DNA of 64,000 bases, taken from positions 1 to 64,000 of the IMG/VR virus record IMGVR_UViG_3300033074_000450; one strand, 5' to 3'. A model generated the notes under the pieces. The model was not told the origin of the DNA. It ran no database searches and saw only the letters and a program-made list of their open reading frames with translations. Shown here piece after piece: positions 16,807-26,748 of this stretch. Both the position numbers and the translations under genes were made by a program. This DNA is from a virus. Its lineage: Duplodnaviria > Heunggongvirae > Uroviricota > Caudoviricetes. Position 1 is the first letter of the stretch, and every line of letters begins with the position of its first letter.

Positions 16807-18792
16807 ATGACTTTTTTTAGATTGTTAAAACCCGACTGGGGTAAGGAATTTCTAGAGCGAGATGGGAAGAAAGTAAAGAATCCCGAATTTGTTCGAGCTG
16901 TTGAAGGTCCTAATACTTTAGAAGGTTGTTTTGACGAGAAATACATTCAGAAGAAAAATAAGGAAGGTTACAACATCTACTGGTTTCCTAACCATCCCAG
17001 TAAGAATGTTTATACCAAAGAGAAGCGATATCTAAACGGTCGAGATATCAATGTTTTTGAACATCTATTTGTGGACATGGACTTGAAAGATGGAGTCTAT
17101 AAAACCCAAGAAGAGTTCATTGCCAAGGTTCTTGAATTCCCACTAAAACCTACTTTAATCATGTCCTCTGGTAATGGAGTCCACGTTTACTGGACTATGA
17201 AAGATTTGACCAGAGATGGTTTTGTTTTTACTCAAAAGCGTCTTATTAAGCATTTTAATACAGATGATTCTATTTTTACCGTACTTCAAATAATGCGTTA
17301 TCCAGGTTCAACTAACACAAAGAAGCATGACCAATTTAAAAAGACTATAGTTTTAAAAGAGCTGGGAGGAGGAGGTCCTTACAGCATTAAACAATTCGAT
17401 AAGCTCCTACCTAAACTCAGTGACGAAGAAAAACAAAAAGCTCAAAACCACATAGACAAGCTGGATGGCAAAATTACTATAGATTTCGGTGGAGACGTTA
17501 ATCTAGACGAGCTTCCAGACAAATTTATAAAGCTTTTAAAGAAAAATAGAAGAGCCAAAGTATTATTTGAAGATGTGGAGAGAGGTCAGCGTTCTGAAGC
17601 AGATGCTTCCTTAACTAATATTCTTTATCGAGAAGGTTTTACTGAAAAAGAAGCCTTTGCAGTTATTTCAAACTCTAAAAAAGCTTTGACCAAAGGAGCT
17701 AACAGATATGACTACGCAATGAATACAGTAAAGCTCATTTGGAACAATCCCCCAAAAGTAAATAAAAAACAAAAAGAAAAAGTAAAGGAATCTAAGCTTC
17801 AATTTAAAACAGTTGGAGAGAAGCTTAAGGTTGGCAGAAAAGCTCTAAAAGGAGAGCGAGTCAACGGACCTTTGTTTTTCGATTGTCTCTATAATGGATG
17901 GAGAAAGTCCCAAGTAATGGGTATGATTGCTGGTTCTGGGGTAGGTAAAACTACTGTAGCTCTTAAAATCTTTAGGGATATGATTGAAAATAATGACGAT
18001 GATGAAGTTTTTGTATTCTTCAGCTTAGAGATGCCAGAACACGAAATCGAAGAACGCTGGATTAATCTAGTCGGGGAAGACTCTGACTTAGCTGACCGAT
18101 TGTATGTAATTGGAAACGAGGATGAAGAGGGAGAACCCAGAAACATCAGTCTCCAAGATATTTACTTTTATTGCGAAGATATCAAAAAGAAAACAGGCAA
18201 AAATATTAAATCAGTTGTGATAGACCACATTGGTATTGTCAATAATGTAATTGATTTGAATGTAGAGCCATCATTCAATGCAGAAGGTGATGTAGAAGGT
18301 GGAAAGGGTTCTAGAAGAGCCTTAAGTCTGCCAAACCTAATGAAGTCTATGAAACCTCTAGCTAAAATGCTCAATACCTTTCTGATTGTTCTAACCCAAA
18401 CCACTAAATCTAAAGGTGCAGGAGATACTCCAATCGACAAGGACGGAGCCTTTGGTTCAGCAGCATACGAGTGGATGATGGACTACATCATTACTCTGTG
18501 GCAACCTCTGATGCGAGTACATCAAGAGACTGATTTGAGAATTCTAGCTTGGCAGTATGCAAAAATCAGAAGTAAAAATAAAAAAGACCCTATTCAAACA
18601 CATCAGCAATGTCTTCTAACTTATGATTTAGATTCAGGAGACTTGAGAAAAACCACTGGGGAAGAATACGCAGAGTTTGAGCGTATGTTACCAGCGGCTA
18701 ATGAAGCTCGAAAAGCTTCAGAGAAAAAAGAAAGTAATTCTTACAGCAGAGGTCCTTCCTTGAAAGACCTGGAAAAACTTAGAAACCTATGA
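16807..18792 (+). CDS. Bifunctional primase-helicase: N-terminal archaeo-eukaryotic primase (prim-pol) domain fused to a DnaB/SF4-like (RecA-fold) helicase
   Basis: AEP motif SSGNGVHVYW with FVDMD. Walker A GSGVGKTT and Walker B VVIDHIG in the C-terminal half. Confidence 0.65.
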   Translation: MTFFRLLKPDWGKEFLERDGKKVKNPEFVRAVEGPNTLEGCFDEKYIQKKNKEGYNIYWFPNHPSKNVYTKEKRYLNGRDINVFEHLFVDMDLKDGVYKTQEEFIAKVLEFPLKPTLIMSSGNGVHVYWTMKDLTRDGFVFTQKRLIKHFNTDDSIFTVLQIMRYPGSTNTKKHDQFKKTIVLKELGGGGPYSIKQFDKLLPKLSDEEKQKAQNHIDKLDGKITIDFGGDVNLDELPDKFIKLLKKNRRAKVLFEDVERGQRSEADASLTNILYREGFTEKEAFAVISNSKKALTKGANRYDYAMNTVKLIWNNPPKVNKKQKEKVKESKLQFKTVGEKLKVGRKALKGERVNGPLFFDCLYNGWRKSQVMGMIAGSGVGKTTVALKIFRDMIENNDDDEVFVFFSLEMPEHEIEERWINLVGEDSDLADRLYVIGNEDEEGEPRNISLQDIYFYCEDIKKKTGKNIKSVVIDHIGIVNNVIDLNVEPSFNAEGDVEGGKGSRRALSLPNLMKSMKPLAKMLNTFLIVLTQTTKSKGAGDTPIDKDGAFGSAAYEWMMDYIITLWQPLMRVHQETDLRILAWQYAKIRSKNKKDPIQTHQQCLLTYDLDSGDLRKTTGEEYAEFERMLPAANEARKASEKKESNSYSRGPSLKDLEKLRNL

Positions 18793-18804
18793 TAGGAATA
18801 GAGT

Positions 18805-21495
18805 ATGGCAAGTCTTAAATGGGGTAAGTACAATATCATTGATACTAAAGAACGACTGGAAGCAGTTGATTCTTACCTCATGGATGGAACCCAACCCCGT
18901 TTCAATCTAGCCGCATACGATACAGAGACCAATGGTTTAGAGCTTTATAAGTCTGTAGTTATTGGATTCTCATTCTCTCTGGATTCCAAATCTGGATTCT
19001 ATATTCCATTACTTTATTGGATTCCAGACCCCAAGTCAGAAAAGGTTCGTTCTATTCAGAAGGTCAAACGTCCTATATTTGAGAACGGAGAGTTTGAATG
19101 CGTATGGACTGGTAAGCGATATCCTGAATTCGTTACTCCAAAAGACTACCAAGCTCCTGAATTCATTAAAATCTATCTGAAGCGTTGGTTCTCTAAAATG
19201 AACCTAATAATGCATAACGCTCCTTTTGACGTTAACATGACCCTAATCAACCTAGGAGTAGATTTAACTGACAATGTATTGATTGATACAGCGTTACTTG
19301 CCCACATCTTAAATGAAAATACTCCCAATGCCTTGAAAGCCGTAGCCACTGAATGGAAGGACGAGCTTGGATTCGACCCGTATGTGGACGCAGCAATGGA
19401 GCAAAAAGAGCTTGGAGAAACGGTTATCCGAAATGGTGGAACTTATAATTCTAGAACTAAGCATGTATGGAGAGGTGCTCCTGGACCACTAGGAAAGTAC
19501 GCTTGTGCAGATACTTTTCTAACTTTTGGAATCTATGAAGTTGGCATGGAGAAATTTATTGAAGAGTTCGGAGAGTCTGGACTTGAGTGGTTATTTGAAG
19601 ATGAAGTGATGCCTGTTTGTAAAGAAGTAGTCATTCCAATGAAGCGTAGAGGAGTTTATGTAGACGTTCCTTACTTCACGCAGCTCAAGATTGATACTCA
19701 GGCTAAACTAGAAGAGTTAGAAGACAAAATTATAGAAACCATTAGTCCTCATTTATCTGATTTCTCAATTGGAGACACAATCGAGGAAGCAGTATCTCAG
19801 CAGCGTTTCATTAAGAGAATCATTGAGTTAGAAGGTCTCTCCCTACCTAAAAAGCTTGATAAAAAGTCAGGAGAGTGGAAGGAGACTTTAGGAAAACCAG
19901 TGGTCAAGAAGATGTATCAAAACGAACCGCATTGGGTTTGGGGATACATCTTAGGAGAAGATGAGCTAAAGTACAGTGATTCTAAAATTCAAAAGATTAA
20001 AGCTGACCTCTACCAGGAAATAGTTGGTAGAAGGTATCGTTTCAATATTAAATCAGATGACCACTTACGTTGGCTATTCTGTGACAAACTAGGAATGGCT
20101 AGAGACAAGCTGCCTCAAACTGATTCAGCTACTAAATCTAATCCAATTCCAAGCATGGCAGCGGAGGTTTTAGAAGAGCACATGCTACCTAAGTTCAAAT
20201 GGGTAGAGACTCTAATGCTTTATAAGAAGATTCAAAAGCTCCAATCCACTTATATTTCTCCAGCGGTAGAACTCAATATGGATGGATGGCTCTATATGGA
20301 TATGAAGCAGAATGGAACCATCTCAGGACGCTTTTCGTGCTCAGGGGGATTCAATCTTCAAACCCTCCCAAAGGTAGAGGAACTCGAAGTCTGCCCTAAA
20401 TGTAAAGCTACGCTCAAGGATGGCAACATTGTGGTAACTTATCCCCACACTCTATTAGCCACGATTACATGTAAAAAATGTAAACACGTTGAAAAAGATA
20501 TCCTTTGTCCGTCAGCTATTAAGAAGGGATTTATTGCTCCCCCAGGATACAAGATTGTTAATGCTGACTACTCCTCTCTGGAGCCAAGATGTTTCGCATT
20601 CGTATCTGGAGATGAGAAGCTCAAAGAAGTTTATTGGAAGAATCTAGACCTGTACTCTAAAGTGTACTGTGACATGATGGGAGAGCCCTACACAGACCTT
20701 AAAAAGGCAGGAAGAAACAAAGAACGTAATGACATCAAACCAGTTATTCTTGGTATCCCTTACGGAGCTAGACCCCCACAAGTAGCTAACCTGATGGGAT
20801 TGAAGAAAATCAAGAAATGGAAGGATAAGAAGACTGGCAAAATGGTAGAGCGTGAAGTTTTGGATGTAGAGCAGGGTGAGAAATATACCAATCTATACTT
20901 GGGAGCCTATAAGAAGCTTCACAAGTACATGCTACGACAAGAAACTGCTGCCATCTCAAAAGGATACGTTACCACTCTAATCGGTAGACGCAGACACTTC
21001 CAATACGCTCCTTTTATTTATGAGCTATTGTCAGCATACGATATTACTGTGGATGAGTTTTTAGATGCTAGATATGATAGCTTGACGGCTCATACGAACA
21101 GCTTAGGTTTAGACAAAGAAGGTCTAGAGATTTTTTGTAAGAAGTACAAGAAGGAACTCTGGGAAGTTATGGAGAGCGGAGCTTGGGCTTACGTTCGAGA
21201 AGTGTTCAAGAATGAATACAATAATTCTAAGAACTTTCCGATTCAAGGACTCGCTGGACATATTACAAACAGAGGAATGCTTGACACTACCCGTCTTTTC
21301 AGAGATAATAAGGTCGATGGTTGGGTATGCTTGCAGGTGCATGACGAAATCACGAGCTATGTAAAGGATACTCAAACCGAAATGGGTGTTAAGCTTCAGA
21401 AAAAAGGCATGGAAGAGAATAAGTTTGCCAAGAAGATTGACATTCCAATGATTGCAGACCCGATTGTTTGCGATAACTTAAAGGATTCAAAATAG
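18805..21495 (+). CDS. Family A DNA polymerase with 3'-5' proofreading exonuclease domain
   Basis: Exo I YDTETNGL, Exo II HNAPFD, Exo III YACAD. FNLQTLP (like PNLQNIP), motif A ADYSSLEPR, motif B KKAGRNKERNDIKPVILGIPYG, motif C QVHDEI. A roughly 45-aa CxxC...CxxC insertion precedes motif A. Confidence 0.85.
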   Translation: MASLKWGKYNIIDTKERLEAVDSYLMDGTQPRFNLAAYDTETNGLELYKSVVIGFSFSLDSKSGFYIPLLYWIPDPKSEKVRSIQKVKRPIFENGEFECVWTGKRYPEFVTPKDYQAPEFIKIYLKRWFSKMNLIMHNAPFDVNMTLINLGVDLTDNVLIDTALLAHILNENTPNALKAVATEWKDELGFDPYVDAAMEQKELGETVIRNGGTYNSRTKHVWRGAPGPLGKYACADTFLTFGIYEVGMEKFIEEFGESGLEWLFEDEVMPVCKEVVIPMKRRGVYVDVPYFTQLKIDTQAKLEELEDKIIETISPHLSDFSIGDTIEEAVSQQRFIKRIIELEGLSLPKKLDKKSGEWKETLGKPVVKKMYQNEPHWVWGYILGEDELKYSDSKIQKIKADLYQEIVGRRYRFNIKSDDHLRWLFCDKLGMARDKLPQTDSATKSNPIPSMAAEVLEEHMLPKFKWVETLMLYKKIQKLQSTYISPAVELNMDGWLYMDMKQNGTISGRFSCSGGFNLQTLPKVEELEVCPKCKATLKDGNIVVTYPHTLLATITCKKCKHVEKDILCPSAIKKGFIAPPGYKIVNADYSSLEPRCFAFVSGDEKLKEVYWKNLDLYSKVYCDMMGEPYTDLKKAGRNKERNDIKPVILGIPYGARPPQVANLMGLKKIKKWKDKKTGKMVEREVLDVEQGEKYTNLYLGAYKKLHKYMLRQETAAISKGYVTTLIGRRRHFQYAPFIYELLSAYDITVDEFLDARYDSLTAHTNSLGLDKEGLEIFCKKYKKELWEVMESGAWAYVREVFKNEYNNSKNFPIQGLAGHITNRGMLDTTRLFRDNKVDGWVCLQVHDEITSYVKDTQTEMGVKLQKKGMEENKFAKKIDIPMIADPIVCDNLKDSK

Positions 21496-21503
21496 GAGAG
21501 AAT

Positions 21504-21806
21504 ATGAACAAAACACAGTTACAGATTCAAAAATATGCTGAGATTAAAAGAAAATTCGATAATTTAGCCACTCAGTATCAAACACTAACTCGTTTCGTTG
21601 AAGATTTTGAAAAAATAGAATCCTTAACGCCTAAAGCGAACTATACAATAAATATGGAAGGTGGAGGTACGAGACTAGGTACTGTATATCTCCAGGATAT
21701 AAATTTAGATAAAAATGATTTGTTGAAAAATGCTAAGATAAAGTTAGCCAGCATAGAAGCTGAGTTCAGTAAATTAAATGCACTTTTAACACATTTAGGA
21801 GAATAG
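21504..21806 (+). CDS. Hypothetical protein
   Basis: 100 aa, RBS GGAGAG. Confidence 0.4.
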   Translation: MNKTQLQIQKYAEIKRKFDNLATQYQTLTRFVEDFEKIESLTPKANYTINMEGGGTRLGTVYLQDINLDKNDLLKNAKIKLASIEAEFSKLNALLTHLGE

Positions 21807-21807
21807 T

Positions 21808-22005
21808 ATGAACAATAATCAAACGAACGACCAAGTGATGAATGGTGTTAAAGCTCTGGCAGCAGCTTCAAACACTCCCTTCAAAACAGCATTTAAAATC
21901 ACTATGGGAATTGCTTTGGCTCAATTAGCCACTCTAGCAATTTTCGTAGCCAGTGTAGCACTTGTAATCTTTACAGTAGCTACTATAATCGCATTGATGA
22001 GGTAA
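21808..22005 (+). CDS. Small membrane protein
   Basis: TM helix IALAQLATLAIFVASVALVIFTVATIIAL. Confidence 0.4.
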   Translation: MNNNQTNDQVMNGVKALAAASNTPFKTAFKITMGIALAQLATLAIFVASVALVIFTVATIIALMR

Positions 22006-22007
22006 TC

Positions 22008-22652
22008 ATGAGAAAAATTCTAGCGTTTACTGGAGTTAAGTTTTCGGGTAAAACAACAGCTTTCAATATCATTAAGGAAGAGATTCCAAATGTTATTGAG
22101 ATTCAGCTTGCAAAGAAACTCAAAGATGAATGCGCTAGAGTTTTTAAAGTCGAGCGTAGTTTGTTTGATGACTCTAAGTTAAAAGAAGCTCCACTAGAGA
22201 CTCCAGTTTACCTGGACGTTGATAGTGTACGAGACCTCATAGAATCTTACGGAGTCAAAGCTGATTACGATAAACATATCAGACCACATGTAGGGATGGT
22301 CTTGGAATCTCCTAGAAGGATAGCACAATATGTGGGAACAGAAGTACTTCGTAGTGTGGATTCTGACATTCATTGTATCGGAGCCACTCTAAATCTTCCA
22401 GAAGACGCTACTTTTGTTTTGACTGATATGCGTTTTCCAAATGAGTATGAATTCTTTAAAAAGAACTATGGGGAATCATTCCATCCGTTCTATGTTCAAA
22501 ACAACCAAGCTGAGTTCAACGCTTCTCAAGACATGCATCCGAGTGAACGAATGGTTCTGGAAACAGCTAAACGATGTAAGCCAGTACCAAATAATGATTC
22601 TATTCCAGCTTTTAAAGCTAGAGTTTTAGAAGAAATCAGGAATATTAAATGA
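22008..22652 (+). CDS. Deoxynucleoside monophosphate kinase (T4 gp1-like)
   Basis: P-loop FTGVKFSGKTT resembles T4 gp1 LSGVKRSGKDT. TDMRFPNE resembles PDTRQDHE. Confidence 0.6.
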   Translation: MRKILAFTGVKFSGKTTAFNIIKEEIPNVIEIQLAKKLKDECARVFKVERSLFDDSKLKEAPLETPVYLDVDSVRDLIESYGVKADYDKHIRPHVGMVLESPRRIAQYVGTEVLRSVDSDIHCIGATLNLPEDATFVLTDMRFPNEYEFFKKNYGESFHPFYVQNNQAEFNASQDMHPSERMVLETAKRCKPVPNNDSIPAFKARVLEEIRNIK

Positions 22653-22819
22653 CTAACGTAATTTATCTTAAGCCTAAGAATGATGAGGAACGCTTTTTTG
22701 AGAGCAAGGAAGCTTATCAGGCTTATTTGAAAGCAGATGAGGAGCTAAGAAAACGTCCCCTAGAACCAGTTGAGTTCGATTGGCGGTATCTGTTGAAGCT
22801 CCTCTTTGGGAGGACATGA
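22649..22819 (+). CDS. Small hypothetical protein (56 aa), not in the supplied ORF track
   Basis: ATGA start/stop overlap with the kinase gene. Translates MTNVIYLKPKNDEERFFESKEAYQAYLKADEELRKRPLEPVEFDWRYLLKLLFGRT. Confidence 0.35.
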   Translation: MTNVIYLKPKNDEERFFESKEAYQAYLKADEELRKRPLEPVEFDWRYLLKLLFGRT

Positions 22820-23769
22820 TGCTTCAGAAATTTATTGATTGGGTTAAGAATAATCTCCCTAAAGCTATTTTATATGCTATAGGAATAATTGCTGTTTTAT
22901 ATGCTATGCAATATGTTGCTAGTTTAATTGGAGAAAAAGAACGACTCCACACTGAATTAATTGGTCAGAAAGAAGCCTATCAACAGCTTTCCGAACATGC
23001 AGCTAAACTTGAAATAGAATATAAGACTCAAGAAGAACTTAAAGCTGAACTTGAAAGAAACTGGAAAGCAGAAAAAGATGCTCTACAGGGCAGAATCAAA
23101 ATCCTTTCCAATGCTACTTTCCTAATCAGAGAACAAGCTCGAAGAGAAAACCGTTCAGACCTTGTGTATGAAGGTGCAGAGGTAAAATATCTATTTAACG
23201 AAATAAGATTCAAAGACGGTCCTCCAGTAGGATATGTCTTAATTTTTGATGATGGAAGAGTAACAAGTAAACTTTATAATCATCAAATTAGTGTAAATAC
23301 AGCAGTTTCACGAGACGAATCAACTGGTAGATATGATATCGTTTCTAAAGCTGATTACATCCTTAAGTCTCCACATCTATCACTGAATGGTAAGAATTGG
23401 ATGAATGAGCCCTATCCACTCAAAATCACTGGAGGTAGAGCTTTAATTGACCCTACGGAGCCAGTGCAGCTTGAGAAGCGTTTCCATCTATGGAGCCCAA
23501 CTCTAAACGGTGGATTCAATGTGGGAAGTGATTTAAAAGCTGCTGTTGGAGTATCTCTAATGGGTTATGGTTACTCGAAGCGCGACCTTGATTGGAAGTT
23601 TTTACAATTTGGAGTTGATTACTCAAAACAAAACGAATATGGCATACATTTAATTCCAGCAATGTATAGACCTTTTCCTTGCTACCTTAAGAATACTTAT
23701 CTAGGAGCAGGGATAGGATTGGACAATAGAGGATACCAACCGTTTTTGAGCTTGTCAGTTGGTTTTTAA
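22816..23769 (+). CDS. Membrane-anchored hypothetical protein
   Basis: Start trimmed to the Met-Met that has a GGGAGG RBS. N-terminal TM helix, coiled coil, then a beta-rich C-terminus. Confidence 0.45.
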   Translation: MMLQKFIDWVKNNLPKAILYAIGIIAVLYAMQYVASLIGEKERLHTELIGQKEAYQQLSEHAAKLEIEYKTQEELKAELERNWKAEKDALQGRIKILSNATFLIREQARRENRSDLVYEGAEVKYLFNEIRFKDGPPVGYVLIFDDGRVTSKLYNHQISVNTAVSRDESTGRYDIVSKADYILKSPHLSLNGKNWMNEPYPLKITGGRALIDPTEPVQLEKRFHLWSPTLNGGFNVGSDLKAAVGVSLMGYGYSKRDLDWKFLQFGVDYSKQNEYGIHLIPAMYRPFPCYLKNTYLGAGIGLDNRGYQPFLSLSVGF

Positions 23770-23786
23770 TTTGATAGGATAGTGAC

Positions 23787-23957
23787 ATGCAGAGAAGCCA
23801 CATGTTACTTTTAATTCAAGAAATCCTAGTAGAGCAGCATGAAGACATGACTCTTGAAGATGCTGCCAATGATATTTTGACTAGGCTTGAACGAATGGGA
23901 GTAATTCTCCCCCTCCAATTTGGAGACCAAAGAATTATGGTGATGGACATAAATTAA
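23787..23957 (+). CDS. Small hypothetical protein (56 aa), not in the supplied ORF track
   Basis: Fills an otherwise 190-bp gap; translates MQRSHMLLLIQEILVEQHEDMTLEDAANDILTRLERMGVILPLQFGDQRIMVMDIN. Confidence 0.3.
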   Translation: MQRSHMLLLIQEILVEQHEDMTLEDAANDILTRLERMGVILPLQFGDQRIMVMDIN

Positions 23958-24011
23958 CCTATAGTGAATGGATTCAACTACCATCCAAAATTAACGAATG
24001 GGAGCCAGAAG

Positions 24012-24386
24012 ATGTCTAAAGAATTAAACTTTGAAAAAGATAATACAATTGATGTAGCGAATCTTCCCAAAGAATTTCGTAATCTCCCTCCTTTGATTTA
24101 TCGTTACTCGGAAATCAAAGCTGAAGCTGAAGAGACTTATGACCTCAAGAAGGCAGAGCATGATGAGCTTCGTTCTAAGAAATACCTAGAGATTCGTTCT
24201 AGAGAGGGTAAAATTACAGAAGCCACTCTAGAAGCCACAATTGATACGGATGAGGAAGTTAAGAAAGCTCTTCGTGATATGTTGTCAGCAAAACGTGACC
24301 TAGAAACGCTCAAAGGCTATTTAGAATCTTTGAGAGCTAAGAAAGACATGCTAATTCAGCTTGGAGCTGATGCTAGAAAGGAATAG
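24012..24386 (+). CDS. Hypothetical coiled-coil protein
   Basis: Start trimmed to Met17, which has a GGAG RBS. Confidence 0.4.
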   Translation: MSKELNFEKDNTIDVANLPKEFRNLPPLIYRYSEIKAEAEETYDLKKAEHDELRSKKYLEIRSREGKITEATLEATIDTDEEVKKALRDMLSAKRDLETLKGYLESLRAKKDMLIQLGADARKE

Positions 24387-24389
24387 ATT

Positions 24390-24701
24390 ATGAAAAAATA
24401 TACTTATGGAAGCTTGACTATGGACGAGAAAAAGAAATATCTCGTAGCATTGGATAATGAATTAAGAAAAGGAACTTTTGAGTTCGGAATGAATGTAGGA
24501 ACTACGATTCAACTAGTTCAAGCAGAATGGGACGATGTTGATAGAGTTTTGTATTTAGGATTCAAGACCAATCTTTATCCTCAAGGTATAACTTCTGGTT
24601 TCAAATACGATAGAGAAATCCCAAACGATATTGTAGAGAACTTTATTACTAAAGAAATAGAGATTCCTGCTAAATTTTTAAAAATCTTGAATTTTAATTA
24701 A
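24390..24701 (+). CDS. Hypothetical protein
   Basis: 103 aa. Confidence 0.4.
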   Translation: MKKYTYGSLTMDEKKKYLVALDNELRKGTFEFGMNVGTTIQLVQAEWDDVDRVLYLGFKTNLYPQGITSGFKYDREIPNDIVENFITKEIEIPAKFLKILNFN

Positions 24702-24711
24702 GGGAATTACA

Positions 24712-25776
24712 ATGTCAGCAGCTAATTTAGCCCAAAAAATGCGTGAACGTCTCAACAAACGAGCTGGTACTAAACTAGCTCAAGAAATCACTCGTACTGA
24801 AGACCTAGTGCAGGTGGAAGCCTGGATTGAGATGCCCAAATGGTTTCAACGAGCCACTGGAGCTAAAGGTCTTCCAGTAGGTCACATAACTCAAGTAATC
24901 GGTAAATCGGATACAGGTAAGACCACTTTGGTAATGGTAGCTATGGTTCGTACTCAAAAAGCAGGTGGAGTAGTTTACTTGATTGACTCTGAACATAAAT
25001 TTTCATTCGAGCGTTTCCGTTTGATGGGTGGAATTCCAGAAGACCTCGTAATTCTTCCAGTTGAATCCCTCGAAGAAGCCTGGAATGCATTCGAGACGGT
25101 AAATGAAGATATCGCTGACTTTCGTAAAAACGACTCAGATACCCCAATCCTCTTGGTATGGGATTCTGTGGCAGCATCGGTTCCAGATGCTATCTTGGAT
25201 TCAGACGCAGAAGACAAACACGTTTCTGTGGACGCTAAAATCAATAACACAGAAGTTCGTAAGATTCGTAAACGTATTAGAGATAATAAAATTGCTGCGT
25301 TTTTCATCAATCACTCCTACTGGACAATGCCTAAGTTTGGAGTAGCTGAAGAAGTAGTAAAGGGTGGAAGTGAGATGTTTTTTATGTCCACACTCATCCT
25401 TAAAACCAAGCGTAGAGCTTGGCTTAAAAGAGATATTAATAAAATAGCTGAACGCTTTGGAGTACATTCTTTGCTTGAAGTATTTAAGGGTCACTTAGGA
25501 GGCTCTAAAGCTACAACCCCCTTTTATATTGTAGGACAAGGAGTTTTAGATGATGAAGAGTCTCTGGAAAATTATAAAGACCTTATTGATGGAATCGACG
25601 GACCAGACATCAACCTCCTTACCATTGCCCAGCTTGAAGAAATCAGAACAAAGCGACCAGTCAAAGAAAAGAAAGCCAAAGACGAGTCAGCTCCCAAAGG
25701 CAAAAAAGGTAAGAAAGCCAAAAAAGTCGAGCCAGAAGAAGGTTCAGAAGAAGAATCAGAATCCTCAGAGGACTAA
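24712..25776 (+). CDS. RecA/UvsX-like recombinase ATPase
   Basis: GKSDTGKTTL Walker A; IDSEHKF resembles RecA IDAEHAL. Lys-rich then acidic C-terminal tail. Confidence 0.75.
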   Translation: MSAANLAQKMRERLNKRAGTKLAQEITRTEDLVQVEAWIEMPKWFQRATGAKGLPVGHITQVIGKSDTGKTTLVMVAMVRTQKAGGVVYLIDSEHKFSFERFRLMGGIPEDLVILPVESLEEAWNAFETVNEDIADFRKNDSDTPILLVWDSVAASVPDAILDSDAEDKHVSVDAKINNTEVRKIRKRIRDNKIAAFFINHSYWTMPKFGVAEEVVKGGSEMFFMSTLILKTKRRAWLKRDINKIAERFGVHSLLEVFKGHLGGSKATTPFYIVGQGVLDDEESLENYKDLIDGIDGPDINLLTIAQLEEIRTKRPVKEKKAKDESAPKGKKGKKAKKVEPEEGSEEESESSED

Positions 25777-26748
25777 ATGAAATATTTGGTCATCGGAGAC
25801 CCACATGTTACTCACGGGTCCTTGGAGAAGATAGCTCTACTCTTCGATATGATTGAAGACATTGGTCTTCCAGTCATCGTATTGGGTGACTTGTTTGATA
25901 CCAAAGAAATCATCAGAGGCAGATGCTTTAATTACGTCTATAAAAGACTGAAAGCTTCCAAGCTCCAATGGATATTCTTGGTTGGGAATCACGATTGGTT
26001 CAACCTTGACTGTGAAGAACATTCTCTAGAAGCGTTGAAGGAAATCGACCACGTTACTATTGTGGACGAGCCTAAGATGATTATGAATATGTTGTTTGTT
26101 CCCTACTTCGATGACCTAACCAAGTTTTATGAAGCTGCCAATAGCCCTAGATTTGATGTAGCTAAGACTCTATTCATGCATCAGGGAGTAATTGGTTTCG
26201 ACTATGGCAATGGCTTTATTGCTGATGGCAATGGTCATGGAGAGATTACCGCTGCCAAGATTAGACCGTTCAAACAAATTATCTCAGGACACTTTCATAA
26301 GTTTGCACAGCATGAAAATCTTACATTCTTAGGTACTCCGTTCTCTCATACATTTGGCGAGACTGACCAAACCAAGTACATTGGAATCTATGACCCAGAC
26401 GATTATACTCTAGAACTCATGGAGACTCCGTTCCCAAGACATAGAAGTATCGAGTTGGACCTAGATGTGGAAAATCCTACAAAGCTTCTGAAGTCTCTTA
26501 CTAATAATAAAGATATTTTTCGTTGTAAGTTAGTTGGAACAGAAATGCAGATAAAAGCATTTGACCAAAGTAGGTTCCAAGGTGTAAAGTTTATGGAAGA
26601 AGCCACAGATTCGGAACAAGCTGACGATGCTTCACTCAAGGAAACCGATAGCAACGAGCAGAAGTTTCTTACTTGGGCTAAAGATATTAAAGGCTTAGAC
26701 GAAGACACTATTAAACTTGGATTGGACATTTTAGGAGGTTCCAGATGA
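25777..26748 (+). CDS. Mre11/SbcD-like nuclease (T4 gp47-like)
   Basis: Metallophosphoesterase motifs GDPH, GDLFD, GNHD. Lies next to the Rad50-like gene. Confidence 0.75.
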   Translation: MKYLVIGDPHVTHGSLEKIALLFDMIEDIGLPVIVLGDLFDTKEIIRGRCFNYVYKRLKASKLQWIFLVGNHDWFNLDCEEHSLEALKEIDHVTIVDEPKMIMNMLFVPYFDDLTKFYEAANSPRFDVAKTLFMHQGVIGFDYGNGFIADGNGHGEITAAKIRPFKQIISGHFHKFAQHENLTFLGTPFSHTFGETDQTKYIGIYDPDDYTLELMETPFPRHRSIELDLDVENPTKLLKSLTNNKDIFRCKLVGTEMQIKAFDQSRFQGVKFMEEATDSEQADDASLKETDSNEQKFLTWAKDIKGLDEDTIKLGLDILGGSR

